From NCBI RefSeq assembly GCF_006345805.1, contig NC_043014.1, forward strand, positions 43,958,001-44,022,000: 64,000 nt of DNA. The letters run 5' to 3'. The notes under the pieces are model-generated. The model worked only from the letters and a program-made list of their open reading frames with translations. It did not search any database and was not told the DNA's origin. The position numbers were made by a program, and so were the translations under genes. Position 1 is the stretch's first letter, and every line of letters starts with the position of its first letter. This document shows, piece by piece, positions 13,901 through 26,600 of this stretch. The DNA comes from Octopus sinensis (lineage: Eukaryota).

Positions 13901-16900
13901 GATGTTGTTAACGAGGAAGAAGATATGGACAATGATAACTTCGAAGACGGAGATATAGAAGATTTTGATGAAGACGAAGATGATATTTCTAATGAGGAAT
14001 TTGGTGATGAAGACGATGTAGACTCCCTAAATTTTAGTGAAAAGGATACTGAAGAGGGACTGTCTACTAAATTAAAAGACCTCGATGACGATGTTGATGA
14101 TGATGATGATGACAATGATATTGATAATGAGGGCGATGGCAAAAAAGAGAAGAAAACAGATGAAGTGAACAATGAATCGAAGTCTAGTAATGAAAAAGAA
14201 GAGTCCAAGGAATCGGAGAAAGACAGCAAGGACAACAACAAAAGCAATAGCAACACGAAAGCTTCCAAAACGGACACCATCTCACCAGCAAGACAACGCA
14301 TTTCTGAGAAGTTGCTCAGTATCAGGAAGCGGAAGGCTGCGATGGCAGCTGCGAATGCTTCCTCATCAAAGAAATTAAAAACCGACGAACAACAAGACCA
14401 GCCCGCAGACACGTGTGGCTCTTCCAGTCCGAGTAATTTGTCGAGTACTCGCGCAACGCATCACTTTGACGAGTCCAGCCAGTCTCATCTTCAGGATGGC
14501 ATGAGCAACAAGACAACAATGAAACTGCCGAAAGTCGACAAGGACAAAGCACGTTCTCTTCTGGAGAAATTAAGGGAGAAGCGAAAGTATTTAAAGATTA
14601 AAAAGACGGTTCCAGTGTCCCCTCCTGATATGGACACGAAAGATGACAACCAAAACGCAGAAGACATTCCAGAAGATGAGTTGACAGCATCTTCACAAGC
14701 TTGTCAAAAGCTCCTCGATGAAGAAGCAAGCCAAATACCAAAGTATGTATCCCAATTTTTTTATATATTCTTGTCTGTCTTTGTATGTCTTCATTTTAAA
14801 TCTGGTCTATAACATTAAAATTCCTGCACAAAGAAGTCAAAAGGTCGTGCTCCAGCATGGCCACAGTCAAATGACTGAAACAAATTAAAGAACAAGTCAA
14901 AAGCAAAAATAATTTGAATGACTTATCTCAGGTCAATGTTCTCAGATAACCTAATAATTTAAAAGCAAATAGCAAGTAGAAAAGGTTATCACAGGTAGGT
15001 AACAGTGCAGGTGAGTAAAATGCGTTAATTGGGAATGAAGTAAATAAAAATTATTTGTAATAAACAACCAAAAAGTGCTGATGTGGTTATGTGGTTAAGA
15101 AGCTTGCTTCCCACCCAATTGGTCTCCGGTTCAATCTCACTGCACAGCATTTTGTACCATAACTCTGGGCTAACCAAAGTCTTGTAAGTGGATTTGGTAG
15201 ATGGAAACACATTGTATATATCTATTATATAAAATCCGTTCTGTCTATCTGTGTGTGTGTCTTCTAGGATCTCAGGCATCCTCCATCCGATTGTGCTCAA
15301 ATTTGATATGTAGACACCAACGGTATGAGGGCTTGTATAAGTCTTGAAAAAATTACAATGCTGCATTTCTCACAAATGCCGACCAGGCCTGGCGATTTGA
15401 GGCTAACGACCGTGTGATCTCCAACCACTCCCTATTCCAGCGGTGAACGCCGTGGATATGGGGGTTTAGGTTGGGTTCCAGATCAGCCTTGACTGTCATC
15501 AGCCAGGTTTTTCGTTGTCCACCACATCGCTTTCGCCAACCTTGAAGGGGAGCTGGGGCAATTGCTTCGTAGATGAATTCTCCTGGTTGACGACGGAGGG
15601 CATGACCCAGCCAACGCAGACGTCTCATTAGGTTGGTGAAGCCAGCTCAATCCACCCCGGGTGAATGCTGTCTCAAGACAAGAAGAAGACAGGAAGGGTA
15701 ACTGCTAAAAGGCGGCGAGCTGGTAGAACCGTTAGCATGCCGGGCGAAATGCTAAGCGGTATTTCGTCCGCCGCTACATTCTGAGTTCAAATTCTGCCGA
15801 GGTCGACTTTGCCTTTCATCCTTTCAGGGTCCATTAAATAAGTACCAGTTACTCACTGGGGTCGATGTAATCGACTTGATCCATTTGTCTGTCCTTGCTT
15901 GTCCCCTCTGTGTTTAGCCTCTTGTGGGTAGTAAAGAAATAGGTATCTGCTAAAAATTCACTTTAATTCTGTTCAACATATTCAAGCATGGGAAAGCAAA
16001 TGTTAAAATGTCATCGATAATGACAATAACAGCAGCTTTTGCTGAGTTTCTGATCTACAAATTTTATCCACAGTTCTTTGGCCAACCCAAGGCTATGATA
16101 AAAGACACTTGCCCAAGGTACCCTGTAGTGTGATTGAACTCTGAAACACATGGTTGTAACTTGTTGACCATGTTGCCATGCCAACACCCACTCCAACTTG
16201 TTTTCCCCCTCATATATTTCTTCCGCTGCTTCCATATCAGAGCTAAAGATTATTCCTACTAAGCTGGTTGTTTAGCCCTGGGTCAGACCTGATTGAGTAG
16301 ACTCCTGCTGAGAGATGTTTTCAAGCATGGCCTTCTTGTCTTTTCCTATTTGAAAGGGATCTAGCTGGTATGCTGGTACTTATAGCAGACTGGGTAACCA
16401 GAGTTTCCCTTTGTTGTGTTGATTAACCTTTAGCAAGCTGTTGATGCATCATGTTGCTAAACAAGTTGTCTCCCCTCTCAGTTTGACAACAGTGCTACAG
16501 GGGAGGAAACATATATGATGCCATGAGGTGCCAAAGGTTAAACATTCAATTAGAATGCTGTGCTAGCAGTGCAGGTTCAATTCCAAGTTGAGCAAATTAC
16601 ATTTATTTCTTCTAGAAATGGCAATTTCTCATAAAATTCAGTGTTACTTATTAAATTTATTTGGTCAATTTCAGGTGTTCAGAAATTGTACAGAATATCC
16701 GGAAAGTTCTTGATAATCGGGAGGATTTGAAAAATTTACATCGAGTACGAAAATGGCTGTGAGTATTGCTACAATTATTATTATTATTATTATTGCTACC
16801 ACACCGGTCAAAATGTTTAATGTCATTTCTGTCAGTACATTCTACTAAATACCTTTGTGAAGTACTAACATAGTTCTTGTTCCTCTCCAACTTACTCTCC

Positions 16901-17634
16901 TTTATTCCCCACCCCCTATTCTGCTACCCCCTCTCTCTCTCACTTTCACTCATCCTCTATCTTATACTCTACTTTTTTCTTTTTCTTTCTTTTTTTCATA
17001 CCATTTTCTCCCTGTATTTTAGTGAAGAACTCAATGAACTGAACAAAAAATTGAAACTTCCGCGGACAGTTATTGCTGTGGTTGGTGACACGGGCGCAGG
17101 CAAATCCAGCTTGCTGAACGCTTTGTTGGATCACGGGAACATTCTGCCGACGTCGGGCATGAGAGCGTGCACTGCAGTAGTAGTTGAAGTGCAGCAAAAC
17201 CTGCGCACCAACTGCTACGAGGCCGATATTGATTTCCTATCTCTTGAGGTAAGTAATTTTTCTGTAGAGAAAATGATTCTTTCAAGAGGAGAAAAACGGT
17301 TTGTTTTAATTAATGGCTGCGGTGTGTAATAATTTCATGCAGGTACACAGTTCTGGGAGATGTGTCGGGGGCGGAATGTGATGCAGTGCAGTGGGATGAT
17401 GGTGGAGAAAGTGAAAGAGTGTGTGTGTGTGTGTGTGTGTGGTGGAGGATTCTTTGGAGAATATATTCGGTAAATTAGTTTTTAGAATCCTGTGATTGGT
17501 TCTGCGAGCCTTTGTGTGATTATGATTGGAAAGATTATTGATTTCAATGCTTTGTTCCAAATTTCAAACTTTTACTGTTTGTTTTGATGTGTGTTTGTTT
17601 GTATTTAAAATAATAATAATAATAATAATAATAA

Positions 17635-17672
<38 letters not shown>

Positions 17673-19791
17673 ATAACAATAATAATAATAATGATAATAA
17701 TAATAGTAGTAATAATAATAATAACAATAATAATAATGATAATAATAGTAATAATAATGATAATAATGATAATAATAATAGTAGTAATAATGATAACAAT
17801 AATGATAATAATGATAGTAGTAATAATAATAACAATAATAATAATAATGATAATAATAATAGTAGTAATAATAATAATGATGATAGTAATAGTAGTAATA
17901 ATAATAATAGCAATAATAATAATAATAACAATGATAATAATGTTGATGATAATAGTGATAATTACCACCACCACCACCACCACCACAACAACAACAACAA
18001 GCACATGCACATACAAACATTAAAGAGAACGTGTGTTGTGTTTTGTAAACAATGGTTGTTTGCTTATGCTGGAAACCTTGTTTCAAAATGGAGCCTGTTT
18101 GTATTGTTTATTTATCCAAACATTGTCTTTTTTTTTTCTGATTTTAGTCCAATCAGATCAGATCACCTAGTTTACACAAACAACATTAAACGTTGTTGGT
18201 ACAGTTCATGTTATGGTATCTAATGTAGTATTTCGCTCTTGTTCACGTTTCCATGTTTGGTTTGATTTGATTTGGTTTGGTTTGGTTTTGTATGTGTCTA
18301 CAAAACGGACTCGTTGCAACCCAACCAAACATGCTCATTGCTCCAACTATCTGTTAATAATCGTTTCCTCCGTTTTGTGGTTAGTTATTATTACAGGTTG
18401 TGTGTGTGTGCTCAAGTTAGAATGAGGCATTAGTTACATGAATGTGTTTGCGAGTGTATGATGGGATATTTTGAACTTGTTTATATTTTATAATATATAT
18501 ATTATGTGGAGGCGCAATGGCCTAGTGGTTAGGGCAGCGGACTCGCGGTCGTAGAATCGCGGTTTCGATTCCCAGACCGGGCGTTGTGAGTGTTTATTGA
18601 GCGAAAACACCTAAAAGCTCCACAAGGCTCCGGCAGGAGGTGGTGATCCCTGCTGTACTCTTTCACCACTCTTTCTTCTGTTGGCTTGCTCGCTTAGCCA
18701 GCAGGGAGGCGTCATTCGAAGGCTAAAACAATGCGAACGTATTGTGACCAGCGATGTGTAACTACATCTGATGGACTGATCGGTCACGTGATCACGTGAT
18801 ATATATATTATAGATATAGGTTAAAAAATTATTAATTTAATAATTAATAAATTTTACCAAGTAGTTTCGGTATGGAAAGAGAAACATTATCGGTAGAAAC
18901 TTGTATAAAAAGGATTTTTTATATAAACATAATTAAGGGTTAAGCAATAAGTTGCTTCACCACATACCGAAAATTTGTGGTGAAGCAACTTGTTGCTTAA
19001 CCCTTAAGTATACAGGTGCAGGTGTGGCTGTGTGGTAAGAAGCTTGCTTCCCAACCACATGGTTCCAGGTTCAGTCCCACTGCATGGCATCTTGGGCAGA
19101 TGTCTACTTTAGCCTCGACCCAACCAAAGCCTTGTGAGTGGATTTGGTTGGGGGAAACTGAGAAAAGCTCATGTATATATGTATGTATGTATACGATGGG
19201 CTTCTTTCATATGTGTGTGTGTGTGTGTGTAGCTGTGTTTGTCCCCCCTCATCAACCTTTGTTCATGTATTTACATCGCTGTAACTTAGTGGTTTGGCAA
19301 AAGAGACTGTTAAAATAAGTACTAGGCTTAAAATAATAAGTGCTATGGTTGATCTGTTTGAATAATACCCTTCAATGTGGTGCTCCAGCATGGCCATAGT
19401 CGAACGATTGAAACTAGTAAAAGAACATATATATATATTTATATATATATATGTATATAATTTAGAGAAAAACTTCTATTAAACAATTCAATAATGAACA
19501 ATGTTATTCACACCATATAGAAAACAAATACTATAAAAACCTTATTCTAAAACTCAATAAAGTACATAAATAGTAAATAGTAGTAAGTATATGTTTTCTA
19601 TGTTGTGTGAATAACGTCTTTCACTATTGAATTGTTTCATAGAAGTTTTTCTCTAAATTATATACATATATTATATATTGTGAAATTTGATTTAGAATTG
19701 CTAAATTGAATTTTCCCCTATAAGTTTGGAATTATATTCCCTACTACTATTATTATTATTATTATTATTATGATATATATATATATATATA

Positions 19792-19831
<40 letters not shown>

Positions 19832-22800
19832 TGTGTATGTATAAGTACATTCATGCTTGTACATATATACACATACAAATATTCCAGTGTGCTTTTAGCA
19901 TGTATGTATGTGTATGTGGACATGTGTGAATGTGTAGTTGGTGTAAATTCTTGTATGGGCATATCTGTAGACAGATGTGTGTTTGTGTGTGTTGATTTGT
20001 TTTATATCTCTATTGGTGTATATTTCATGAATGTATTAATATGAATTTTATAAAACATTCTCTGTACTATATCCTCTTTCTCTCCTGTTCTTTAGGAATG
20101 GAACGACGAACTAGAAATTTTGTTTGGCGATCTCCAGTCCTCCGATGGCAAGATTCATTTCTCCAGTCGCAATCTTGACCCCAAGTCAGAGACAGGTGTG
20201 GCATTCAGCAAAATCAAAGCTGTCTACGGTAAAGTTTCAACAATTGATGTTTTGAAAAAGACATCAACGTCGGTCACATCATGGCTTGGCAAAACCAAAC
20301 ATATCAAGGCATCGAAGGTTAGATTTCTTTGTAAATTTAGCAAATTACAACAAAACAAGAATTCAAATATCTCTTTAACCCTTCCATTGCTCTGTTTCTA
20401 ATGAAATACCATTAAGTTTAATTTTGAGAATAATCAAGAATTTGAAGGGATTTAGCTAAATAACTACTGTATTTGCAGGCATAGAGGATGCATCAGTATA
20501 TTTGGTACACCCTGATTTCAGCAGTGCACATTCAGGAAAAAATGCTTTCACCATCATCATTTAGCATCCGCATGGGTTGGACGATTTGACTGAGGATTGG
20601 TGAGCCAGATGGCTGCACCAGTTTCCAATCTGATCTGGCAGAGTTTCTGCAGCTGGATGCCTTTCCTAACGCCAATCACTCTGAGAGTGTAGTGTGTGCT
20701 TTTACATTCCACCAGCACGAGGGCCAGTCTGGCAGTACTAGCAACAGCCACACTCAAATGGTGTTACTTACATGCCACCTGCACAGGAGTCAGTCCAGCA
20801 GCACTGGCAACAAGCTCACTCAAATGTTTTGTTCACATGCCGTCAGCACAAGTGCCAGTAAGGCGACGCTCCTAACGATCATGCTCAAATGGTGCTTTTT
20901 ACGTGCCACCGGCACAGGAGCAGCTGCTCTGGCAGTGATCCCGCTGAGATGAAGCTGTTAGCGCTCCACTGGCACAGGTGCCAGTCATCGAATTTGGTTC
21001 AATTTTGATTTCACTTGCCCCAACAGGTCTTCTCTAGCAGAGTTTAGTTATTTTTTTTTATTTTTGAGACATTATTTGGTGAGGATAAAAAGTGCGTCTT
21101 TCATGCCATCAAATGCAGTAATTTTTTCGTTAATTTTTTACTTGATCATTAGAAGTTACAAAGTGACTCAAAGACCGAGATTTTCTTGCCTTGCCACTGA
21201 ACAAGCCAGTTTCAAATTAGGGGGATTTCATTTATAAAGACTGACTGAAATGATAAATATAATTACTGCTGGATTGCTTTAGAAAAAAAAATTAAAAACA
21301 AAAATAACAAGGTCACATGAATAATGCATGTATTTTCAAGGAGTTTTGTCCTTTAATCATTTGAATAAATGAATAAATAAATGAACTAGAATAAAATAAA
21401 TAAGATGGAAGAATATATATATATATATGCATATGCACGAATGCATAAACAAATAGACCAATAAAGATCAAAGCTAATTTTTTGCGTTACTAATCTGGTA
21501 TTTGAAACATAACTAAAGGGTGTTTACATACAATCAGAATGAGGTCTTAAACAAGAAAGCATGTGGCCTAGTGGTTAGCCAACTGTTGGGGGTGGGGGGT
21601 GGGGGCTTTCAATTACAAGACCATGAGTTCAATTCACAGTCTGGGAAGTACATTGTGTTCTTGAGCAAGGCACTTTGTACTTCCTCTTTACTGAGTTCAC
21701 TCAACTTGTAAAGACGGCTGTTAACACCGTCGCGCCATATTTGGTTTCGATTTCACTTGCTTCAACAGGTCTTTGCAGGCCGAGTTTAGTGTCCAATGAA
21801 GGAAAGATATGCATAAGTGGGCTAGTTACACCCCTGGCATAGGCCACGAGGTTTTGGTCTCACTTTGCTTGCCGGGTCTTCTCAAGCACAGCATATTTCC
21901 AAAGGTCCCGGTCATTAGTCATTGCCTCAGTGAGGCCATTAATCTCATAGATTCGGAATTTCAATATTGTTATTGTTTACTTTTAGAATGACATGGTTGG
22001 ATAGGTGTGAGAGGCTGAATCTGGCAAGTTTTAAAATAAAACAGGTAGAATATTTGGGCTGGATACGGCTGGATTGAATGCTAAAGGCTTAAAATAATAA
22101 GTTTTGTATCGTAAAACTAAAGGTGCTCTAAGTTGGTATACAAAAATGTATTTTATAGTTAATTGTCTTGAAATATATTGTGGTCAAGACTTGAAGGATT
22201 TTGATAAATTCTTGAAAGGGTAGGTTTTCTAAAACATCTGTTATCCTTGATTAAAATGGATTTTGTTTTATTTGCTTTGCAGGCTGAGGAGTTCAAATCT
22301 TATATTGACCATTACATTGAGTCTTCAGACAAAGGTACTGGCAATCAGTACTGGCCAGTGGTCAAGAACGTCAAGATCTACATACCTAACAGTGATGTAC
22401 TCAGCAGTGGAGCCATCCTTGTTGATTTACCTGGAGTCAGGGATTCAAATGCTGCTCGTGATAAAATTGCTAAAGAAGTAAGTAACAATGAAAATAACAT
22501 CGGTGGGTGGAGGGTGAAAATCCGGAACCTGTGGGTTGATTGCATCTGATGTTAGGCCTCGACTTATTCTGCATTTCTTCTCTAATTCAAGCTTCATTCA
22601 TATCATCATCATCATCATCATCACCATCGTTTAACGTCCGCTTTCCATGCTAGCATGGGTTGGACGAATGACCGAGGGCTGGCAAACCAGATTGCTGCAC
22701 CAGGCTTCAATCTTGATCTGGCAGAGTTTCTATAGTTGGATGCCCTTCCTAATGCCAACCACTCCGAGAGTGTAGTGGGTGCTTTTATGTGCCACCGGCA

Positions 22801-23592
22801 TGAGGGCAAATCAGGTGGTACTGGCAACGACCTCGCTCGAATCTTTTACACACACCACTGGCACAGGTGCCAGTAAGGCGATGCTGGTAGCGATCACGCT
22901 CGAATGGTGTCTTTTACGTGCCACGGCACGGAGGCCAGATAGCCACTCTGGCAACAATCACGCTCGGATGACCAATCTTACTCCACCTCTACCTTCTATT
23001 CTCATCACTCTTTTTATTCAGTTCTTTCATCATTTGCTATCATATAACCATAACAACACACTCTCTCCCTCTCTGCTGTAAGAACCCAAAGCACTATATT
23101 CTTGCAGTGTTTGTTCTAGCTCTTTATATTTTGATTTCAATTCCCACTGGAGTCAGTTTTGTCTTTCAAGTACATTGGTTGATATAATCAATTAAAGTGC
23201 TTCCTCCGAATTTCAGGGTTAATAAGTCAGTGGAGTCATAAATGTGTTCTAGAAAATGCCTTGTAGTTTATGTTCCAAGTTCAAATCCTGCCAAGTCCGA
23301 CTTACCTTTCTTCTTTTAAGGTTCATAAAAGAAAACTCTAGTGGGCCTGTTGCCAAAATTTGAAACTATTATTACTGTTATTGTTAAGGCACCAGCTGGC
23401 ATGATTAGCAGCACATCAGACAAAATGCCTTGTGGTATTTCTCCCGAAATTGACATTACTTTTCGTCCTTTCTGGGTCAATAAAATAAGTACCGTTTGAT
23501 CATGGGTGGAAGTGGGGTTTCGGTGTAATCAACTACCCCTGACCCTTAAAACTACTGGCTTTGTGCCAAAATCTGAAACCATCCTCCTCCTC

Positions 23593-23636
<44 letters not shown>

Positions 23637-26600
23637 GGCAGTAAACTAGCAGAATCATTAGCATGCCTGGTGAAATGCTTAGCGATATTTTATCCATCTT
23701 CATGTTCTGTGTTCAAATTCTGCCAAGGTTGACTTTGCCTTTCATCTTTTGGGGTTGATAAATTAAGTACCAGTTAAACACAGGGGTCAGTGTAATCGAC
23801 TAGTCCCATCCCCACAATTCCTGGCCTTATGCCTATATTAAAAATGATTATTATTAAGGTGGCGAGGTGGCTGAAATGCTTATCAGCATTTTGTCGTCCA
23901 TCCTTACATTCTGAGTTCAACTGCCCCTGGGTTTTACTTTGCCTTACATCCTTTCGGGGGTCAATAAAACAAGTACCAATTGAGTACTGGGGTCAATGCA
24001 ATCAACTTACTCCCCTCCCTGAAATTGCTGGCCATGTGCCAAAATTTGAAAATCATTATTATTGTCGTCATCGTCATCATTTATTATTGTTGTTATTATT
24101 ACTATGCAGTATCTGAAAAATTGCAACGCTGTGTGGGTGGTGTCCAGCATTCATCGTGCTGTCGATGACCGTACTGCAAAAGACCTGCTGGGAGAAAGTT
24201 TTCGGCGTCAGTTAATGATGGATGGTCAGTATGGAAGCATAGCCTTTATCTGCACTAAATCTGACATCCTAACATCTTCAGAGATAATCAGGTAAGTCTT
24301 TGTCTTTTGAAACTAACTTATTCCACTTCAGATTCTACCCAATTTTCTCAGAAAATTGTGTAGTTACCCTCAAATGAATACAGCAGTCACAGGTTGTTGT
24401 GTGTTATCTTTATAGTTTAAGTGGAAGTTCAGTCTATTCAGTAAGGTGGTGTGGTTTCTGTCAGATGTTGATGTACCCCATCCATTAAAGGCAAAGCTCT
24501 ATGAGTAGACGTGACCAGTATGTGGACAATGGATCAAAATAATGTATTCTCATCATCATCGTCATCATCGTTTAACGTCCGCCAGTCCTCAGTCAAATCA
24601 TCCAACCCATGCTAGCATGGAAAGCGAACTAGATGGCTGCACCAGGCTCCAATCTTGATCTGGCAGAGTTTCTACAGCTGGATGCCCTTCCTAACACCAA
24701 CCACTCCGAGAGTGTAGAGGGTGCTTTTACGTGCCACCGGTACGGGGGCCAGTCAGGTGGTACTGGCAATGACCTCGCTTGAATTTTTTTACACATGCCA
24801 CCGGCACAGATGCTGGTAATGATGCTGGTAATGATCACGCTTGAATGGTACCTTTTACGTGCCACTGGCACGGATGCCAGTTAGCCGCTCTGGCAATGAT
24901 CGATTACAACAAAGAAATTGTAAATGTAGAGAATTAGCTTAACACTTTAACTACCAAATGTTCCACCGTGATTCATTGCAAACTTCACATGACTGCCATA
25001 TGCCCCACCATTGGTACATTTTCATAATTTGAGAAAATATTTTATTCTGTATCTTTGGCATGGTTTCCAGGATATTTAAATAACATGAATGCTAAATCAT
25101 CATCATCATCATCATTTAACGTCCGCTTTCCATGCTAGCATGGGTTGGACGATTCTACTGAGGTCTGGCGAACCAGACTCCAATCTGATCAGGCAGAGTT
25201 TCTACAGCTGGATGCCCTTCCTAACGCCAACCACTCCGAGAGTGTAGTGGGTGCTTTTACATGCCACCGGCACGAGGGCCAGTTTGGTGGTACTGGCGAC
25301 GGCCACGCCCAAATAGTGCTTTTTACATGCCACCTGCACTGGAGCCAGTCCAGCGGCACTGGTAACAACCTCACTCGAATGTTTCACATGCCACCAGTAC
25401 AAGTGCTGGTAAGGCGGCGACGCTAAATATTAAAGTTTAATTATGAAATAATGTAAAAATGCAAAAAAAAAAAAGCTACATTTCCTTGTAATTAAACAGT
25501 ATGCATTGTGATCTGAAATATGTGGCATCATTGGTAAGTCCCAGTAACAGGCCACAGCAGTTAGTGTGTTAAGTGGAATTGAAACCTGTATCATGGGTTT
25601 GGCTGGCAATTTGCACTGTATCTTGCTAAAAAAATTGTTGTAATACCAATGCCTACAATGAGTGTATATCAGAGTGTTCCATGGATAATTCCATTGATAG
25701 AGTTGCATCCACAGCTTTTTTTCATTTCATCCAGTTTCAGCTCACGAGCTGTGGCCATGCTGGGGCACCGCCATTCATTTTTTGTACCAGCCCCTGCCGG
25801 AGCCTCGTGGAGCTTTTTTTTAAGTGTTTCTGCTCAATAAACACACACAACGCCCGGTCGGAGAATTGAAACCGCGATCATCCGACCGCGAGTCCGCTGC
25901 CCTAACCACTGGGCCATTGCATATAATCATTCCTGTTTGCTGCTATATCACTTTGCTTAATAACATCACTTCTTTTCCCCTCAACTCTTCAATAGAATGT
26001 CTCCTTGGAGAACACAAAGTGTTTGCCCTTCCTAACATATTGAAAGAATCATGGTTAATTATATGTGATTTTAAAAAGAAAGGAAATATTGTATGTTCGA
26101 ATGTCACCCTGCTCTTCTTCCTTTTCTTCTTCTTCTTCCTCCGATGGTTTGTTATTTTGGTTTTTCCAATTTTTCAATAGGAGTCTGGAATTAGAAGAAT
26201 CGTTTGAAGCCGAAGAGGAGGCAATCGCTGATCTGGAAGCTGAAAAGAAAAAGATTATACAATCAAAAGCCAAGCTCTTAGCTGAAATGAAAACCCTCCG
26301 GCTTGACTTGAAGGCCATCCGAATGGATCACAAAGAACTAGTGGAAGCTATAACTGAGATCCAATCATTAATGGAGGAATCGGAAAGCAGTGAGGTATGT
26401 TTGGTTTATGGTGATTTGTTTAAAAGAATGTCTATGATGTTCGCAGGATATTTTGGTTTTTTTTTTCTTGTTTGTTTGTTTCATGTTGAAGTGCACAAAT
26501 TAGGATTAACAGGATTGGAAATTTTCAATTTTTTCTTAGACAAAGAACTCTCTTCAAATGTTAGATCCCTTTTCTCTCCCTGCAAAAGGAACTCCACTGT

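Noticed and set aside
13825-14412. 195-aa minus-strand ORF (also 3532-3924 and 30924-31373)
   Set aside because: Antisense shadows of low-complexity coding exons
17526-18086. Overlapping poly-Ile/Tyr/Leu ORFs
   Set aside because: Translation of AAT/AGT microsatellite
18508-18580. Possible tRNA gene
   Set aside because: The tRNA-like head runs into a SINE body repeated many times in the window; no convincing cloverleaf
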